Source of the DNA: Diplonema japonicum
Taxonomy: Eukaryota > Protista > Euglenozoa: Diplonemea
Assembly: GCA_964019335.1 (NCBI GenBank)
Contig: OZ025675.1
Location: 124,001 to 188,000, forward strand
Length of the DNA: 64,000 nt
Reading direction: 5' to 3'
Shown here: one piece after another, positions 32,619 through 44,673 of the stretch
Layout of the letters: each line of letters begins with the position of its first letter
Numbering within the stretch: position 1 is the stretch's first letter
The notes under the pieces: model-generated
Databases searched by the model: none
The model's input: the letters and a program-made list of their open reading frames with translations, nothing else
What the model was told of the DNA's origin: nothing
Program-made: the position numbers and the translations under genes

Positions 32619-34151
32619 TGGCATCGTTTCAAAACCCCCCCCCAAAATGAGGCCAATTGACACTTTCAATATTTCTCTAAGTACTTTTTTCCAAAGAAAA
32701 AGATTTCTACAACTTTCCCGGCACAGGTTAGGAAAGAAAACACCCCAGAAAATGGGAAAGTGAGTGTTACTAGTACCCAGAAAATTCAGTCCTAGGGGCA
32801 AAAATGGGTTTTTTCACTTTGCACAAATTCAGTAAAAGAGGGGGTGACAAAAATGGATGGAGCTTTTAAACTTGCTGTTGAGGAGCTAGGGGTAAAAAAG
32901 AAAAAAAATGGTATTCGGACCGAGAAAGGGTAAATGGGAACACTTCGGCGATCAGGACACCCGCCACAGAGGTTCTTGAGGAGCTCAGTGGCAACTACTG
33001 TGCTGCACTAGTTTGTGGCGTAGTGTGTAAAGGGGAACCTTTAGCGGCACTTCTGCATTTTCTGGTTGATTTAGTAGCCAACAAGACACCACACGGCGCC
33101 AATTGGTCAGAGGCATGAGGCTTGACCACATCACACATGATGAAATAAGGGCATCTGGCCTTACTGTTGGAAAAAACTTGTTCCACAGTAGCATGGGCAT
33201 AGAAAAAAATAAAGAAAAAAATGGAGTGGATACTCTGGACTGACGGTGGGCGTCACTTTGTCGTGCAAAGGAATTTTGCTACTTTGTTCTTTTGGTCTTC
33301 GTTATGTATATCCCGATCGGACGTTTTACCTGTGGTTTCTGGGGGAGAAACACGGCAAAAACAGCAGGGACAGCCACTTTGGTGTGCTCTCTCGTGTTTG
33401 GCTTTGGGTGCCTCGTTCCACAACAATTAAAACTGTGGAACAAATAGCTAACATCACCAATACGATACGGTGCGCCGCGCATGTAGTTACTGATGTCTTT
33501 GGCCCGTACAAAAAGAAGATTCTTGAGTTTCCAGATTTTACAGGTGCATATGAGCTCAGGAGCAAAGTACATCATCAAAGAACTCGATGCAGACAGGGCA
33601 GAGAAAAGGCCCCCAGTCTATGAATCTTGTGATGAGTATGAGGACGTTCCTGATAGCCTTCCCGGACTTGAAAAACGAGAAAGAATAGCAACCAAATTAC
33701 AAAAATACTCGACACCCCATGACAAGCCCAAAGCACCAAGTACACCTACGAATGAGCCTCTTAAAACCCCCCCAAAATGCGGTAGATAGTATGAAAAAGA
33801 AACGAGGTCGCCCACTCAGCAGCAGCACATCTCAGCCGCAGAAGACTAGGAAATGAAGGTTTCCACTTCCAACATCATTTCAGCCACCTTCTAGCAGTGA
33901 GTTCCACTATTTCTTGCTATTGAAAGCATACTCTCTGACTTTACCAAAACCACTAAAACCCGATTTTGACCCTAAAACTGAATTTTTCATAGGTCAAAAT
34001 AGCACTCTTGAGCAATTTCTGACCCGGGTTCTTTCCTAATATGGGCCGGGAAATATGGAGAATCTTTTTTAAAGGGGGCGGCATGCCCAAAGATGCAACG
34101 AAAGTGTCAATTGGCCTCATTTTTTTGGGGGGGGGGTTTGAAATCGACCCA
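32619..34151 (+). mobile_element. Decayed DNA transposon with ~55-bp TIRs and a transposase remnant (Sola-like)
   Basis: TIR TTTCAAAACCCC..CAAAATGAGGCCAATTGACACTTT and its inverse at ~34100-34145, both in TA-rich flanks. Frameshifted WILWTDGGRHF ... FLGEKHGKNSRDSHFGVLSR resembles the SDG...HGKxxxD motifs of Sola transposases. Confidence 0.6.
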
Positions 34152-34214
34152 TATATATCGTCGCAGTGCGCCGTTGTGGGTTCTACTTGTTTCGCTTCTT
34201 CCTAAAAAAAAAAG

Positions 34215-35625
34215 AAAAAAATATTCTTTTAAGGTATGCGTTTTTGCGCTCACCGGCCGCGCTGTCCGTCGGCGTCGGGTGTGCCCTTCCCGTCACGACC
34301 ACCCGCCACGGGTATGTCTGCGTCTGCAATGCGCGGTTCGCTTCCACCGCCGTATCCCTCAGCGTGACCACCTCCAGCAGGTACCTTTGCACCAACAGGG
34401 CCCTCGGCTTGTCTTGGCATCCCCTGGGCACTATCCCGTGGAGCGCCGTCGCGTTCGGCATGGTCGCCGGGTCGAGGCTCGCATACTCTGCCTTGCCCCG
34501 CACCGCGGCGTGCTCCAGCACCTCGGTGTAGCTGCCGTAACGCTCCCCACACACGTCACAGAGGTGCTGCAGCGGGTTGTCCGGCCCCTCCGCCACTCCC
34601 CGCACCGCAGGGTACACCGCAAACACCGCCCCAGCAATCAGCCTCCTCAACCTGTACGCCGCCATCGGGTTGTTCGCGAGCGCCCTCCACCACCCGTTCG
34701 TGACCGGGTCGGCCCCCTCCGGCATGCCGCTGTAGGAGGTCCTCCCTTCTGCTTGTTCCGCTGCTGTCATGGCCCGTGTCACTTGGCGGATCTCGTGCTT
34801 GCGTTCCCGCTCGGTCGCGGTACTCAGCCCTTCCACAAAACTCCAGCTCTTCCCGATCGCCGGCAGCCATCGTCTCACTAGGGTTCCCACTGGTCCCTGG
34901 GCTTCCACGTCGCTCTGTAGGTACAGGACGGCACACCTTCCCATCCGGTCCCACAGCCCTGCATCCGACCTACCAACCTTCACCACCGTGCACAACAGTC
35001 GATAAAGCGTCACCACCAGTGGGTCCGTCGTGTGCCCCGGCAGCAAGATGTTCGCTACAGCACACGGTGAGCGCATCTTGAACTTCGGTCCCCAGAGGCA
35101 TGTCGCAACTCTCGACCGGATTGTGCCTGCATCCACTTTCGAGGGGGGGGCATACGCAACACCGTAGAGGCAAGAGGGGAGGATGGAGCTGGAGATGATC
35201 CTTGCCTTCTGTGAGAATCCCAACGGCATGGCAGCCAGCCTTCCGCACGCCCGTTCCATTCCTACAAGGGGCTTGGCCCTGTGCTCGCCGTCCATGCAAA
35301 CCTTGATGCCCAGGGCGCTGATCTCCGTCTTGGCTGCAAGCACTTCCCGCCCGCATTTCACCGACCCGGACCCTTCTGTGGAGAACATGTCTTCTCCAGG
35401 TTGAGACTCATCCCCGTTAGCAGAGAGAACTCGCCTACCCCCGCTGCCGCCTTCTCCAGTGCGCTGAGCAGAGCTGCAATCAGGTACACGTCATCTGCGT
35501 ACGACAGGGAATCTGCCCCGGGCACCTCCGCCATGATCGCCCTCACCATCACCCCCACCGCGCGTTCACCATCACCACCGAGATCGGGCACCCCTGCAAA
35601 ATGCCGTTCGATGTGGCGAAGCGGC
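34215..35625 (-). mobile_element. Truncated, frameshifted non-LTR retrotransposon (RT C-terminal half plus Zn-knuckle region)
   Basis: LSYADDVYLIA and GMSLNLEKTC in 35358-35684; post-RT region in 34183-35388 (ISSSILPSCLYG, CDVCGERYGSYTEVLEHAAVRG). A-runs at both ends on the + strand. Confidence 0.85.
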
Positions 35626-35822
35626 GAAAAAAAAAACAGAATGGACGAAAAGGAAAAAAAGGTTTTCCCGTCATCCACCCCCAAATCCGGAATCTTGGTT
35701 TCGTAGTTTCAAAAACCATTCAAGTACTCATCCGACGTCGTGGCCGAGCCCGTAAAAAATCACCAATTCTATGGCAAATCCAGACGGGGCTTTAAAGAAA
35801 TAGGGCAAATAATATCTTCCTT

Positions 35823-38264
35823 TTACATCTCTGAGATCCTCTGCTGATCGGAGCAGGACCACGTGGCAGCGCGATTGAACACCATAGTTGTTTGTCCCTC
35901 TTGTAGATTGTTGGCAGCCCACAACTGGATATCGTTAGTACTTCCGTTCGTCTCGATGACATTCGGTGCCTTGCCGGCCAAGATGTCTTTCAATGCCAGA
36001 GCAATGGGGTCCTCCACAGAAGTGCCTTCGAGTTGGTACATCCATTCCTCCTCTTTCGCTTGAATCTCATTCTTAGCCTCACGAATAATGACCCCAACCT
36101 TGTTGCCCTCGACCTTCAGTATTGCCACCGCGAACATTTCAAATCTCCCTGTCATCCCCTCAGCCACAGTGGGGGACACCAAGGTGACGGAGCGACTGAG
36201 CGCGCTGCTTACAACACATGCCATGGCAGAGACCCCCCTTAGTTCCTGCAAGGATGCACCCTTTATCCCGAAACCCTTGCTTGTCGCGGACCCGAGGTTC
36301 CCCGCACTAAACTCCCCATACACTACAGCCATAGTAGGTGTTGCAGTTTGTGACACTGCTGACTTGGACATTAATCCACAGAAGCTGACAGCACGAAACA
36401 TGGGGTCAACGCAACGTAGCCCAACATTCCACGTGAGTGTAAAGACAAGAGGGTCAGAGACGGAGAACCCATGGGCAATCCCTCTTGTTGCCTGTGCCGC
36501 CTCATGCATCACCTCGACAAGTGTTCCGAACGACTTCTGTTGCAGATCAGCTGTGACGAAGGACAGCCTCACTACGGTGCCTCTGTAGCTCTGAAGCTGC
36601 ATCGAGAGGTTCTGACCCGCTGCTGCTGCTGCTGCTGATGCCGACATTCTCGAATGAGATTTCGTGGAGAACGTACGCTTGCTTCTTTCAGTCATTGAGT
36701 CATTGCCACTTTCATTTTCTGTTTCTTCCTCAACAAACAAGGTGTTTGGAAGGTAAGCCTTGTACTCCCTCAGGCCATTGATTGCCATGATCATCCCATC
36801 AGTGACACGGGCCACCTCCTGCACCATGATAGGCTTGTACATCGCATTCATGTGTGCCTCAGCCCCGTCAAGATCCATTATTCTCAAAAACCTGTTCCCA
36901 ACAACAAGCCTCCCCAGCGGACGGGCGATCAGAACAATCTCCAAAGCAGCAATGATAAGGTCGACCACGAAGATCAAAACAGAGGCGATGATGAGCTGCA
37001 CCAGTGCCGCGTACACCTTGTCGTTCACAGAGGACACAGTGCGCATCCAGAGAAGCTCGAAAGCTGTTCCCCCAGCGGTGTAGACATGGGTGAGTCGCAG
37101 GAAGTACTCCCCGCCGTCCAGCGATGTGTCAACGAAGTAGTCCTTCTTGTACAATGGGGTGGTCTTGTTCACATCAGAAGCAGCGAAGTACTCCCCGTAC
37201 TGGATGTGAGTACGCATGTTTGTGGAGGAAAGATCTGCGGTGAAGAAGGTCCCTCGGGGTCGGACCTTGGAGGCATTCACAGCACTGGAAACAGTGGGGC
37301 CAAGTTCATTGGGGTGCAGGAGGCAGTCTGATCCTTGCAAATTAATGCAGTTGAAGCATCTCGTGTAACATTCGAACTTGATGGCAGGCCCAGTGTAAAT
37401 GGTGTGCGCGAAGATCTTCCCAGCAGCTGAGTCGAGTGCCACAAGTTCTGTGTTCTCTGTTTCGAACTCACGGACAACAGTCGTCCACGGACGGTAGTTG
37501 AAAAAGTTCACTAAAACGATCTCATACCCTTGCAGCCAAGGGAGTGTGTGCCTGATGCGGTACTCGGTGTAGGCATAAGGGGACCCGTCCACAGCATTCC
37601 AGAAAAAGGTTGGGGACCACGATCCCTCGTAGGGCATTGTTCGCATCCAGCTCACCCAATGCTGTGGGTCCTCCCCCCACACTTGTCGATACACATCAGG
37701 GGCAAAGACACCTGTGTCGTTGTCCAGCGCCACGAACTCTCTGATCCACTCCACCCCACCAGTTGAGTTCCTGACACCGTAGGAGTCTCCATGGAGCCAG
37801 TACTTGGCATCATCGCCATTGGAGGCAACGACAGGGTCGTACCACACGTACTGCCTCCCGAACCACTCAGGGTCACTCCAAGGTGCAGCACACGTCGCGC
37901 ACGAGGGGTCGTACTGCTTCGCGAGGTAGTACCCTCCTCCATAGCCCCACTCTGTGGAACGGAGTGCTGCAAAGTACTGTGCAGCGTAGGTGATACGTAT
38001 GCTGTTCAACCCCAGCGAGATGTTCATGGCATCCGCTCTGTTGAAGAGGAGGACTGCCTCGCGTGAGCCAGCCACCACATCGTCCAGCATCCCTGCCAGC
38101 CGAAGCCTCGCACTCTTCGACGCCGCCGCACTGCTGTCGTCCACAGCAGAGCGCAGGACTGAGATACTCTCTGTGTACAGTAGAAACCCTGCCAGGAGGG
38201 AGATGAAGGTGGACACAATCGTTGAGACGAAGATGATCAGCTTCGATGGGACGTGGACCGGCAT
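35823..38264 (-). CDS. Family A receptor with catalytically dead cyclase-like tail (A2)
   Basis: 813 aa. Ectodomain nearly identical to A4 and A5. The tail lacks all cyclase catalytic motifs but keeps the TWN..RC, GNLGS and EEEWMYQLEG elements. Confidence 0.9.
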   Translation of the reverse strand: MPVHVPSKLIIFVSTIVSTFISLLAGFLLYTESISVLRSAVDDSSAAASKSARLRLAGMLDDVVAGSREAVLLFNRADAMNISLGLNSIRITYAAQYFAALRSTEWGYGGGYYLAKQYDPSCATCAAPWSDPEWFGRQYVWYDPVVASNGDDAKYWLHGDSYGVRNSTGGVEWIREFVALDNDTGVFAPDVYRQVWGEDPQHWVSWMRTMPYEGSWSPTFFWNAVDGSPYAYTEYRIRHTLPWLQGYEIVLVNFFNYRPWTTVVREFETENTELVALDSAAGKIFAHTIYTGPAIKFECYTRCFNCINLQGSDCLLHPNELGPTVSSAVNASKVRPRGTFFTADLSSTNMRTHIQYGEYFAASDVNKTTPLYKKDYFVDTSLDGGEYFLRLTHVYTAGGTAFELLWMRTVSSVNDKVYAALVQLIIASVLIFVVDLIIAALEIVLIARPLGRLVVGNRFLRIMDLDGAEAHMNAMYKPIMVQEVARVTDGMIMAINGLREYKAYLPNTLFVEEETENESGNDSMTERSKRTFSTKSHSRMSASAAAAAAGQNLSMQLQSYRGTVVRLSFVTADLQQKSFGTLVEVMHEAAQATRGIAHGFSVSDPLVFTLTWNVGLRCVDPMFRAVSFCGLMSKSAVSQTATPTMAVVYGEFSAGNLGSATSKGFGIKGASLQELRGVSAMACVVSSALSRSVTLVSPTVAEGMTGRFEMFAVAILKVEGNKVGVIIREAKNEIQAKEEEWMYQLEGTSVEDPIALALKDILAGKAPNVIETNGSTNDIQLWAANNLQEGQTTMVFNRAATWSCSDQQRISEM

Positions 38265-38504
38265 TCTCTTTTACTTTATCTTTCTTTCATTCTTTGTGTT
38301 GTTGCGAAGGATGAAATGGAAAGCAAAAGAAAGGCATGCCCAAGCCCAAGCAAAATAACGCTTTCACTTCTTGAAAAAAGAAAGTTCCGCAAGCAGCTTT
38401 ATGAGCGTGCAAAACGAAAAAAGTAAAAACTAGGGTACTCGCTGCAATCAAAATGAGCTCACATCAGTACCAGGGCTTTCGACTCATGCCATTAGCATGA
38501 CGCC

Positions 38505-38760
38505 CGTGCCACGGATCTCGACTTGCCCTGCGTGAAGACGCGCCTCTTGAACCGACTAACATGTTCTCCGGTTTGATGTCCTCAAGTGAAGATACTGCTG
38601 GCCCTTGAGACTGGGCGGCGTAACGATAGTTAATCGTGAGTTCTGCCGTCGTGCTTTTTCAATACTTCATACACTCATACACTAGCTGCATCGTCGTCTA
38701 TGCACTTCCATACGTCTTCTCACCCCCGTCCACTGGTCCATTCCATATTTGTTCGTAGAA
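38505..38760 (-). pseudogene. Heavily deleted relic of the kinase gene
   Basis: Collinear patches matching 28028-28740 (gtgccacggatctcg, cgactaacatgttctc.ggtttgatgtcc, agatactgc.ggcccttgag, tcatacactagctgc). Confidence 0.8.
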
Positions 38761-38810
38761 ACGGAAATTTAAAATGAAAATGTGTTTTTGAAGGGAACCT
38801 GCAGTATGTG

Positions 38811-39119
38811 CGTGCAGGGTGAAGTCGTGCTGGCTACTCTTCGCCTTGTTGGGGTCGTTGCAGGTCTGACCAGTCCCACAGGGGGCGGGGTCGCAGCACA
38901 TTCATCAATATCGCAGCGGAGGTAACAATGGTGAAGTCGTTCAAGCTCTTCAAACCAGTGTTGGGATCCTTACAAGTTTGACCAGTGCCACAAGGGTTTC
39001 GCATCACACTCATTCTTATCGCACCTTGCTGGACCGTCAATCTTGACAATAGTGGTGTCAGCATCACAGGTGCAGGTGAAGTCGTGCTGTTTGTTCTTCG
39101 CCTTGTTGGGGTCGTTGCA
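38811..39119 (-). pseudogene. Inserted fragment of a Cys-rich EGF-like repeat gene, flanked by 8-bp duplication AGTATGTG
   Basis: Frameshifted repeats PCGTGQTCNDPNKAKSSQHDFT and CGTGQTCKDPNTGLKSLNDFT. AGTATGTG at 38803-38810 and 39120-39127. Confidence 0.75.
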
Positions 39120-39326
39120 AGTATGTGACAGGATCGCCTAACGATAATCAACTCATCTAGTGTTTGATCCCTTCTGTCGTGGTAGTGCTTTAGGGCCAAA
39201 AATGGAAAAGGGTGAAAGAGCTGGAAGAGATCGCAGCAGGATGGCAAGATGCAGACTCGAGCAGCAAGAAGAACAGATGGAGAAGACCGATCCCCTGGGG
39301 GAAGGTGGGAGGGCCGGCACAAGGAA

Positions 39327-39789
39327 TCTCAGGGTGGCGCACCTTCTGAGAAACCCAGATGAGATGCTCCTTACCTTTTTAGAAGACTTCACCCACAAGC
39401 TGCGCACCGCCTTCGGGACATCCTCGGAAACATTGTCCAGCCGAAGCTTTCCGTTCTGCGTCACCTTTCCTGAAACATTGAGCACAAGTGTCAACATGGG
39501 GTTGTCTTTGAACATTCTGCGGATGGTTGCAGCGTCTTTCCGCAGGTCCGCCACCGTCACCTCCAGCTCTGTCTTCTGTCTCACGGTGAAGGTGTCCCCG
39601 TCCACGTAAGGGCCGTCTTTGAACTGGTCTCCGTTGGCGTCCGCTCCTAGAACCTCGCCATTTGCATCTATTATTTCGGTGTGGTCCGTTGACACCCCCA
39701 CCATCTCATAGAAGGAACTGAATTTCGTGTCGCCTTCAACTTCTACCTGCTGCGTGCCCGACCCTGGCAGCGATATGAAGACGTTACAT
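39327..39789 (-). pseudogene. 5' half of the LRR gene, pseudogenised
   Basis: Almost identical to 30167-30635. A 5-bp deletion (CCCTG) turns ATG TCC CTG AAC into ATG TAA; the 3' half is missing. Confidence 0.9.
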
Positions 39790-39971
39790 TTTAATTTTAA
39801 GTGGGGGAATGCCTATGCTGTATGTGGTACTTCATACATTTGAAAGTAATAAAAGGAAACATGGGGGGGGGTTGGTTAGACACTCAGCGCGAAGTGGGAT
39901 AGAAAGTAAAGTGGAGAGGTAAAGAAAGCGTTTTTCTTTGTGTGTGAATGGACCACCACCTGACAGGCTAA

Positions 39972-40635
39972 CCCATAAAGGACCTCTGTTTTTAGTCGAA
40001 AAAACCAATTTTGAACTTTTCGTTCTGATACAAAAATAAAAGGCGATGTTTAAGGGTAAATCCCACTTGAGGACCACCCATAGGGCTAAGTTGTCGGCGT
40101 ACGCGTACGCAGCAAAATCTGAAAAAGTGCGTACGGCGTACGGCTGTGCGTAAGGCTCCTTACACCTACAGGTACAGGCTACGGGTTAAAGGAATCAGTT
40201 ACCCCGAGCTCCCCACACCGCATGCCTGAACCAAAAACCTCATGCCAATAGGTCGCAAGAGAGGCCACGCATCCCACCATGCCCGGTGACTATTGCCTTT
40301 GACTTTTCTTGAAGACTTTCCAAAATGAGTGCCGTACGCAGCAAAAAAGTGCGTACGGCGTACGTTCGAATACGCGTACGTACGGCCGTACGCCGACAAC
40401 GTAGCCCTAGGGGGGGGGGGGGGGGGGGGGGGGGGAGGGTAGGTATCTTCAGCTCCGGCAACGCTTGATGTGGATGCCACCTTTTGACACTGAATGGGTA
40501 TTCTGGGAGCAATTTCCGGGTTTTCTTGATGCAGTGGAAACTCACTTTGAAAATCCGTATCATCAATGGGACAAGCGAAAGCAGTTGTCAAAAGACAATC
40601 CAGCAACTGATAAATCAACTCTGGTCCTTTATGCG
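39972..40635 (-). mobile_element. Internally deleted piggyBac copy containing a GGGCTA-ended MITE (40083-40407)
   Basis: CTAA|CCCATAAAGGAC ... GTCCTTTATGCG|TTAA. 40440-40610 is homologous to 2280-2520 (inverted). MITE TIR GGGCTA(A/C)GTTGTCGGCGTACG with TA on both sides. Confidence 0.8.
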
Positions 40636-41289
40636 TTAAATTAAAAAAGAACAAAAAAGAGATATTCGTACATAACGGGCAAAGTTCCGTGTGGCTGACT
40701 TATTGGTGACCACTTTTATCACTATGCTTCGCGTGTTAGCACAGTACACCAAACCCAAACCTTGCTAATACGGCATGAGGCTAGAAGGTGAGAGGAAGAA
40801 AATTATCGGGCGGGAAGAAAGGGGAAAAAAAAAGAAAGTCAAGACAAGAAGATTATCTCGGGATGGAGTAAGAGTACTTTCTTGGATAGAACCTCTTGAA
40901 AAAGAAGTATATCAGCCAGCGGCAGCGAAAAACACACAGTCACCCCGTTCTGTTGCCTCACCATCCACAGAGCAAGGTCGAGACGGCCCCCTCTGCAGAG
41001 GTCTGGAAACAGTCCCTCAACGATGAGCGGATGCACCTCAGCTTGTGACTAGCTACCAGCTGGCTCCCTGATTCCTGTCCACGACGCGTAAAGGGGAACA
41101 ATAAAAAAGGGAGCAAAAAAGAGTCGGCTGTTTGTGCGAGCCGGAAAAAAAGAAAAAAAGAGAAGAAGAAAAAAAAGAAAAAAAAAGACTGCGTTCCTTT
41201 CGCCCTCTTGAAAAAGAAGATTTAGTCAGCTTCGGTTTGTTTAAAAATCTGTAAGAAAGAAAAAAAAAAAAGAAAAGAGAGAGAGAAAA

Positions 41290-41635
41290 AAACTCAGAGT
41301 AAAAGACAACCCCACGTGAGGACAGCCTCTTTCTTGGTGTGTCCTATCTATTAATGCTCCCCTTCTGGAGCATTGCCTTCGTTCCTACCGTGGCTTACAG
41401 CATCTTGCGTAGTTTTATCAAACGGTCTTTCTTGTACGCCTCCTTCAACTCTCTGCTGTCTGGTTTTTGACACAAAAATTGGCCTCGTTTTCCCTCCAAT
41501 TGCGGTGAGCGACCTGTCCCGTCTGCTGCGCTCTATCCTGCGTGCCTGCACATCGCATACTCCCAGTGCGTTCTAGTAGCCCGCTCACCTTCCCCAACCG
41601 TGTTGCTGTCGGCGTTGGGGCCTTCTTCCCCGTCA
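41290..41635 (-). mobile_element. Diverged retroelement 3' end fragment
   Basis: Minus-strand coding remnant (RSLTAIGGKTRPIF, weakly like R1 HTLRSIGGTKAVIG) ending in a stop, a possible hairpin and a pyrimidine run; A-run at the other end. Confidence 0.4.
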
Positions 41636-42216
41636 AAAAAAAAAAAAGAGAATGAATGAAAGAGGCAAGGTAACCCCAAAGATTTTAACCACTAAAGGAC
41701 CGGGGGTTTTCGCGCCAAAAGCGCCAAAAAGACCGTCCATTTATGAACCCGGAAAAAAAGAAATGCGAGTTTAACCATAGGAAAGTAGACTACATACCTT
41801 TTAAAAAGCACGTGACCTTGGTGATAAAAAAAACACTTTATTTCTTATGCAGGGGGGTCCACTAACCACTGGGCAAGAAATCCTTACAAAAAATCCCTTA
41901 GTGTTCATACGGGGTCGGGAGAGGGAATATACGACAAAGTACTAACCATCACGAGCGATATTGCTCATCCCGCTCAGGGTGGAGGCCTCCCTCACTTGAT
42001 TTTTCCTCACAGTCGATTTTCTTCCAACATGGGGTCCTATCGGACGCTGTAACCTTGAGGATTTCTTTTTCCAGCATCCCCAGAATTGTTGGGATTTTAT
42101 CAGGTCAGGGTCAAAGCAATCAGGGCACAGGGCAACTTGCACGTTTTGCAGGTGTAAAATTGTTTTTTTATTGACTTTTAGAAATCCTAAGGTTTTTGAA
42201 ATCTTTGTCATTCTTT

Positions 42217-44673
42217 TTACAAAGCTGAAACCCTCTGCTGATCGGAGCAGGACCACGTGGCAGCGCGATTGAACACCATAGTTGTTTGTCCCTCTTGTAA
42301 ATTGCTGGCAGCCCACAACTGGAGATCATTTGTAATGCCGCTCGTCTCGATGACATTCGGTGCCTTGCCGGCCAAGATGTCTTTCAATGCCAGAGCAATG
42401 GGGTCCTCCACAGAAGTGCCTTCGAGTTGGTACATCCATTCCTCCTCTTTCGCTTGAATCTCATTCTTAGCCTCACGAATAATGACCCCAACCTTGTTGC
42501 CCTCGACCTTCAGTATTGCCACCGCGAACATTTCAAATCTCCCTGTCATCCCCTCAGCCACAGTGGGGGACACCAAGGTGACGGAGCGACTGAGCGCGCT
42601 GCTTACAACACATGCCATGGCAGAGACCCCCCTTAGTTCCTGCAAGGATGCACCCTTTATCCCGAAACCCTTGCTTGTCGCGGACCCGAGGTTCCCCGCA
42701 CTAAACTCCCCATACACTACAGCCATAGTAGGTGTTGCAGTTTGTGACACTGCTGACTTGGACATTAATCCACAGAAGCTGACAGCACGTAACATGGGGT
42801 CAACGCAACGTAGCCCAACATTCCACGTGAGTGTAAAGACAAGAGGGTCAGAGACGGAGAACCCATGGGCGATCCCTCTTGTTGTCTGTGCCGCCTCATG
42901 CATCACCTCGACAAGTGTTCCGAACGACTTCTGTTGCAGATCAGCTGTGACGAAGGACAGCCTCACTACGGTGCCTCTGTAGCTCTGAAGCTGCATCGAG
43001 AGGTTCTGACTTGCTGCTGCTGCTGCTGCTGCTGCTGTTGATGGGGACATTCTCGACTTCGAATAAGATGAGCAAGAGCGTTTACTTCTTTCAGTCAGTG
43101 CGCCATTGTCACTTCCATCTTCTGTTTCATCAACGAACAAGGTGTTCGGAAGGAAGGCCTTGTACTCCCTCAGACCCTTGATCGCCATGAGTAACCCATC
43201 AGTGACACGGGCCACCTCCTGCACCATGATAGGTTTGTACATCGACTTCATGTGTGTTTCTGCGCCGTCGAGATCCATTATTCTCAAAAACCTGTTCCCA
43301 ACAACAAGCCTCCCCAGCGGACGGGCGATCAGAACAATCTCCAACACAGCAATGATAAGGTCGACCACGAAGATCAAAACAGAGGCGATGATGAGCTGCA
43401 CCAGTGCCGCGTACACCTTGTCGTTCACAGAGGACACAGTGCGCATCCAGAGAAGCTCGAAAGCTGTTCCCCCAGCGGTGTAGACATGGGTGAGTCGCAG
43501 GAAGTACTCCCCGCCGTCCAGCGATGTGTCAACGAAGTAGTCCTTCTTGTACAATGGGGTGGTCTTGTTCACATCAGAAGCAGCGAAGTACTCCCCGTAC
43601 TGGATGTGAGTACGCATGTTTGTGGAGGAAAGATCTGCGGTGAAGAAGGTCCCTCGGGGTCGGACCTTGGAAGCATTCACAGCACTGGAAACAGTGGGGC
43701 CAAGGTCGTTGGGGTGCAGGAGGCAGTCCCACCCTTGCATGTTCTTGCAGCTGAAGCATCTCGTGTAACATTCAAACTTGATGGCAGGTCCATCGTAAAT
43801 GGTGTGCGCGAAGATCTGACCTTTGGTGGGGTCAAGTGCCACTAGCTCAGTGTTTACCGTTTCGAACTCACGCACGATCTGCGTCCAGGGACGGTAGATG
43901 AAGAAGTTCACTACTACAATCTCATATGCTCGGGTCCAGGGGAGTCTTAGCCTGATGCGGTACTCGGTGTAGGCATAAGGGGACCCGTCCACAGCATTCC
44001 AGAAAAAGGTCGGGGACCACGACCCGTTGTAAGGGACAGTCATCATCCACTCCACTCTCTCTTTTGTATTCTCTGGAAATTCGATATGATAAACTTCTGG
44101 GGTAAGCACGCCCGTGTCGTTGTTCAGTGCCGTGAAGGACCTAGTCCACGCTACCTCGGTTCCTGTGGGTGCAGGCGATACCGCACCGACCGTCTTCCCG
44201 CCGATCCAAAACTTTGTTTCATTGCCATGTGCATCAAGGATGGGGTCGTACCACACGTACTGTCGAGCGTAGCCCTCTGTGTCATTCCATGCCGGTTGGC
44301 AGGTGGTGCATGAAGGTTCCTGTATCTTGGCGAGGAAGTACCCCCCGCCATGCTTGTACTCCGCAGATCGCAGTGCCGCAAAGGCGTTTGTCGTATACAA
44401 CTTTCGCAGCTCGGCAAGACCAAGTGACACGTTCATGACGTCTTCCCTGTTGAACAGCAGCAGTGTTTCTTGAGCTGAACGCGTCACATCGTCCAGCATC
44501 CCAGCAAGCCGAAGCCTCGCACTCTTCGATGCCGCTGCACTGCTGTCGTCCACAGCAGAGCGAAGGACCGAGATACTCTCTGTGTACAGTAGAAACCCTG
44601 CCAGGAGGGAGATGAAGGTGGACACAATCGTTGAGACGAAGATGATCAGCTTCGATGGGACGTGGAGCGGCAT
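42217..44673 (-). CDS. Family A receptor with catalytically dead cyclase-like tail (A3)
   Basis: ATG at 44673 (MPLHVPSK). Tail near-identical to A2; distal ectodomain distinct. Confidence 0.9.
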   Translation of the reverse strand: MPLHVPSKLIIFVSTIVSTFISLLAGFLLYTESISVLRSAVDDSSAAASKSARLRLAGMLDDVTRSAQETLLLFNREDVMNVSLGLAELRKLYTTNAFAALRSAEYKHGGGYFLAKIQEPSCTTCQPAWNDTEGYARQYVWYDPILDAHGNETKFWIGGKTVGAVSPAPTGTEVAWTRSFTALNNDTGVLTPEVYHIEFPENTKERVEWMMTVPYNGSWSPTFFWNAVDGSPYAYTEYRIRLRLPWTRAYEIVVVNFFIYRPWTQIVREFETVNTELVALDPTKGQIFAHTIYDGPAIKFECYTRCFSCKNMQGWDCLLHPNDLGPTVSSAVNASKVRPRGTFFTADLSSTNMRTHIQYGEYFAASDVNKTTPLYKKDYFVDTSLDGGEYFLRLTHVYTAGGTAFELLWMRTVSSVNDKVYAALVQLIIASVLIFVVDLIIAVLEIVLIARPLGRLVVGNRFLRIMDLDGAETHMKSMYKPIMVQEVARVTDGLLMAIKGLREYKAFLPNTLFVDETEDGSDNGALTERSKRSCSSYSKSRMSPSTAAAAAAAASQNLSMQLQSYRGTVVRLSFVTADLQQKSFGTLVEVMHEAAQTTRGIAHGFSVSDPLVFTLTWNVGLRCVDPMLRAVSFCGLMSKSAVSQTATPTMAVVYGEFSAGNLGSATSKGFGIKGASLQELRGVSAMACVVSSALSRSVTLVSPTVAEGMTGRFEMFAVAILKVEGNKVGVIIREAKNEIQAKEEEWMYQLEGTSVEDPIALALKDILAGKAPNVIETSGITNDLQLWAASNLQEGQTTMVFNRAATWSCSDQQRVSAL

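Noticed and set aside
39153-39704. 183-aa ORF as a new chimeric gene
   Set aside because: Internal start within the LRR pseudogene running into unrelated repeat DNA; the native start is destroyed.
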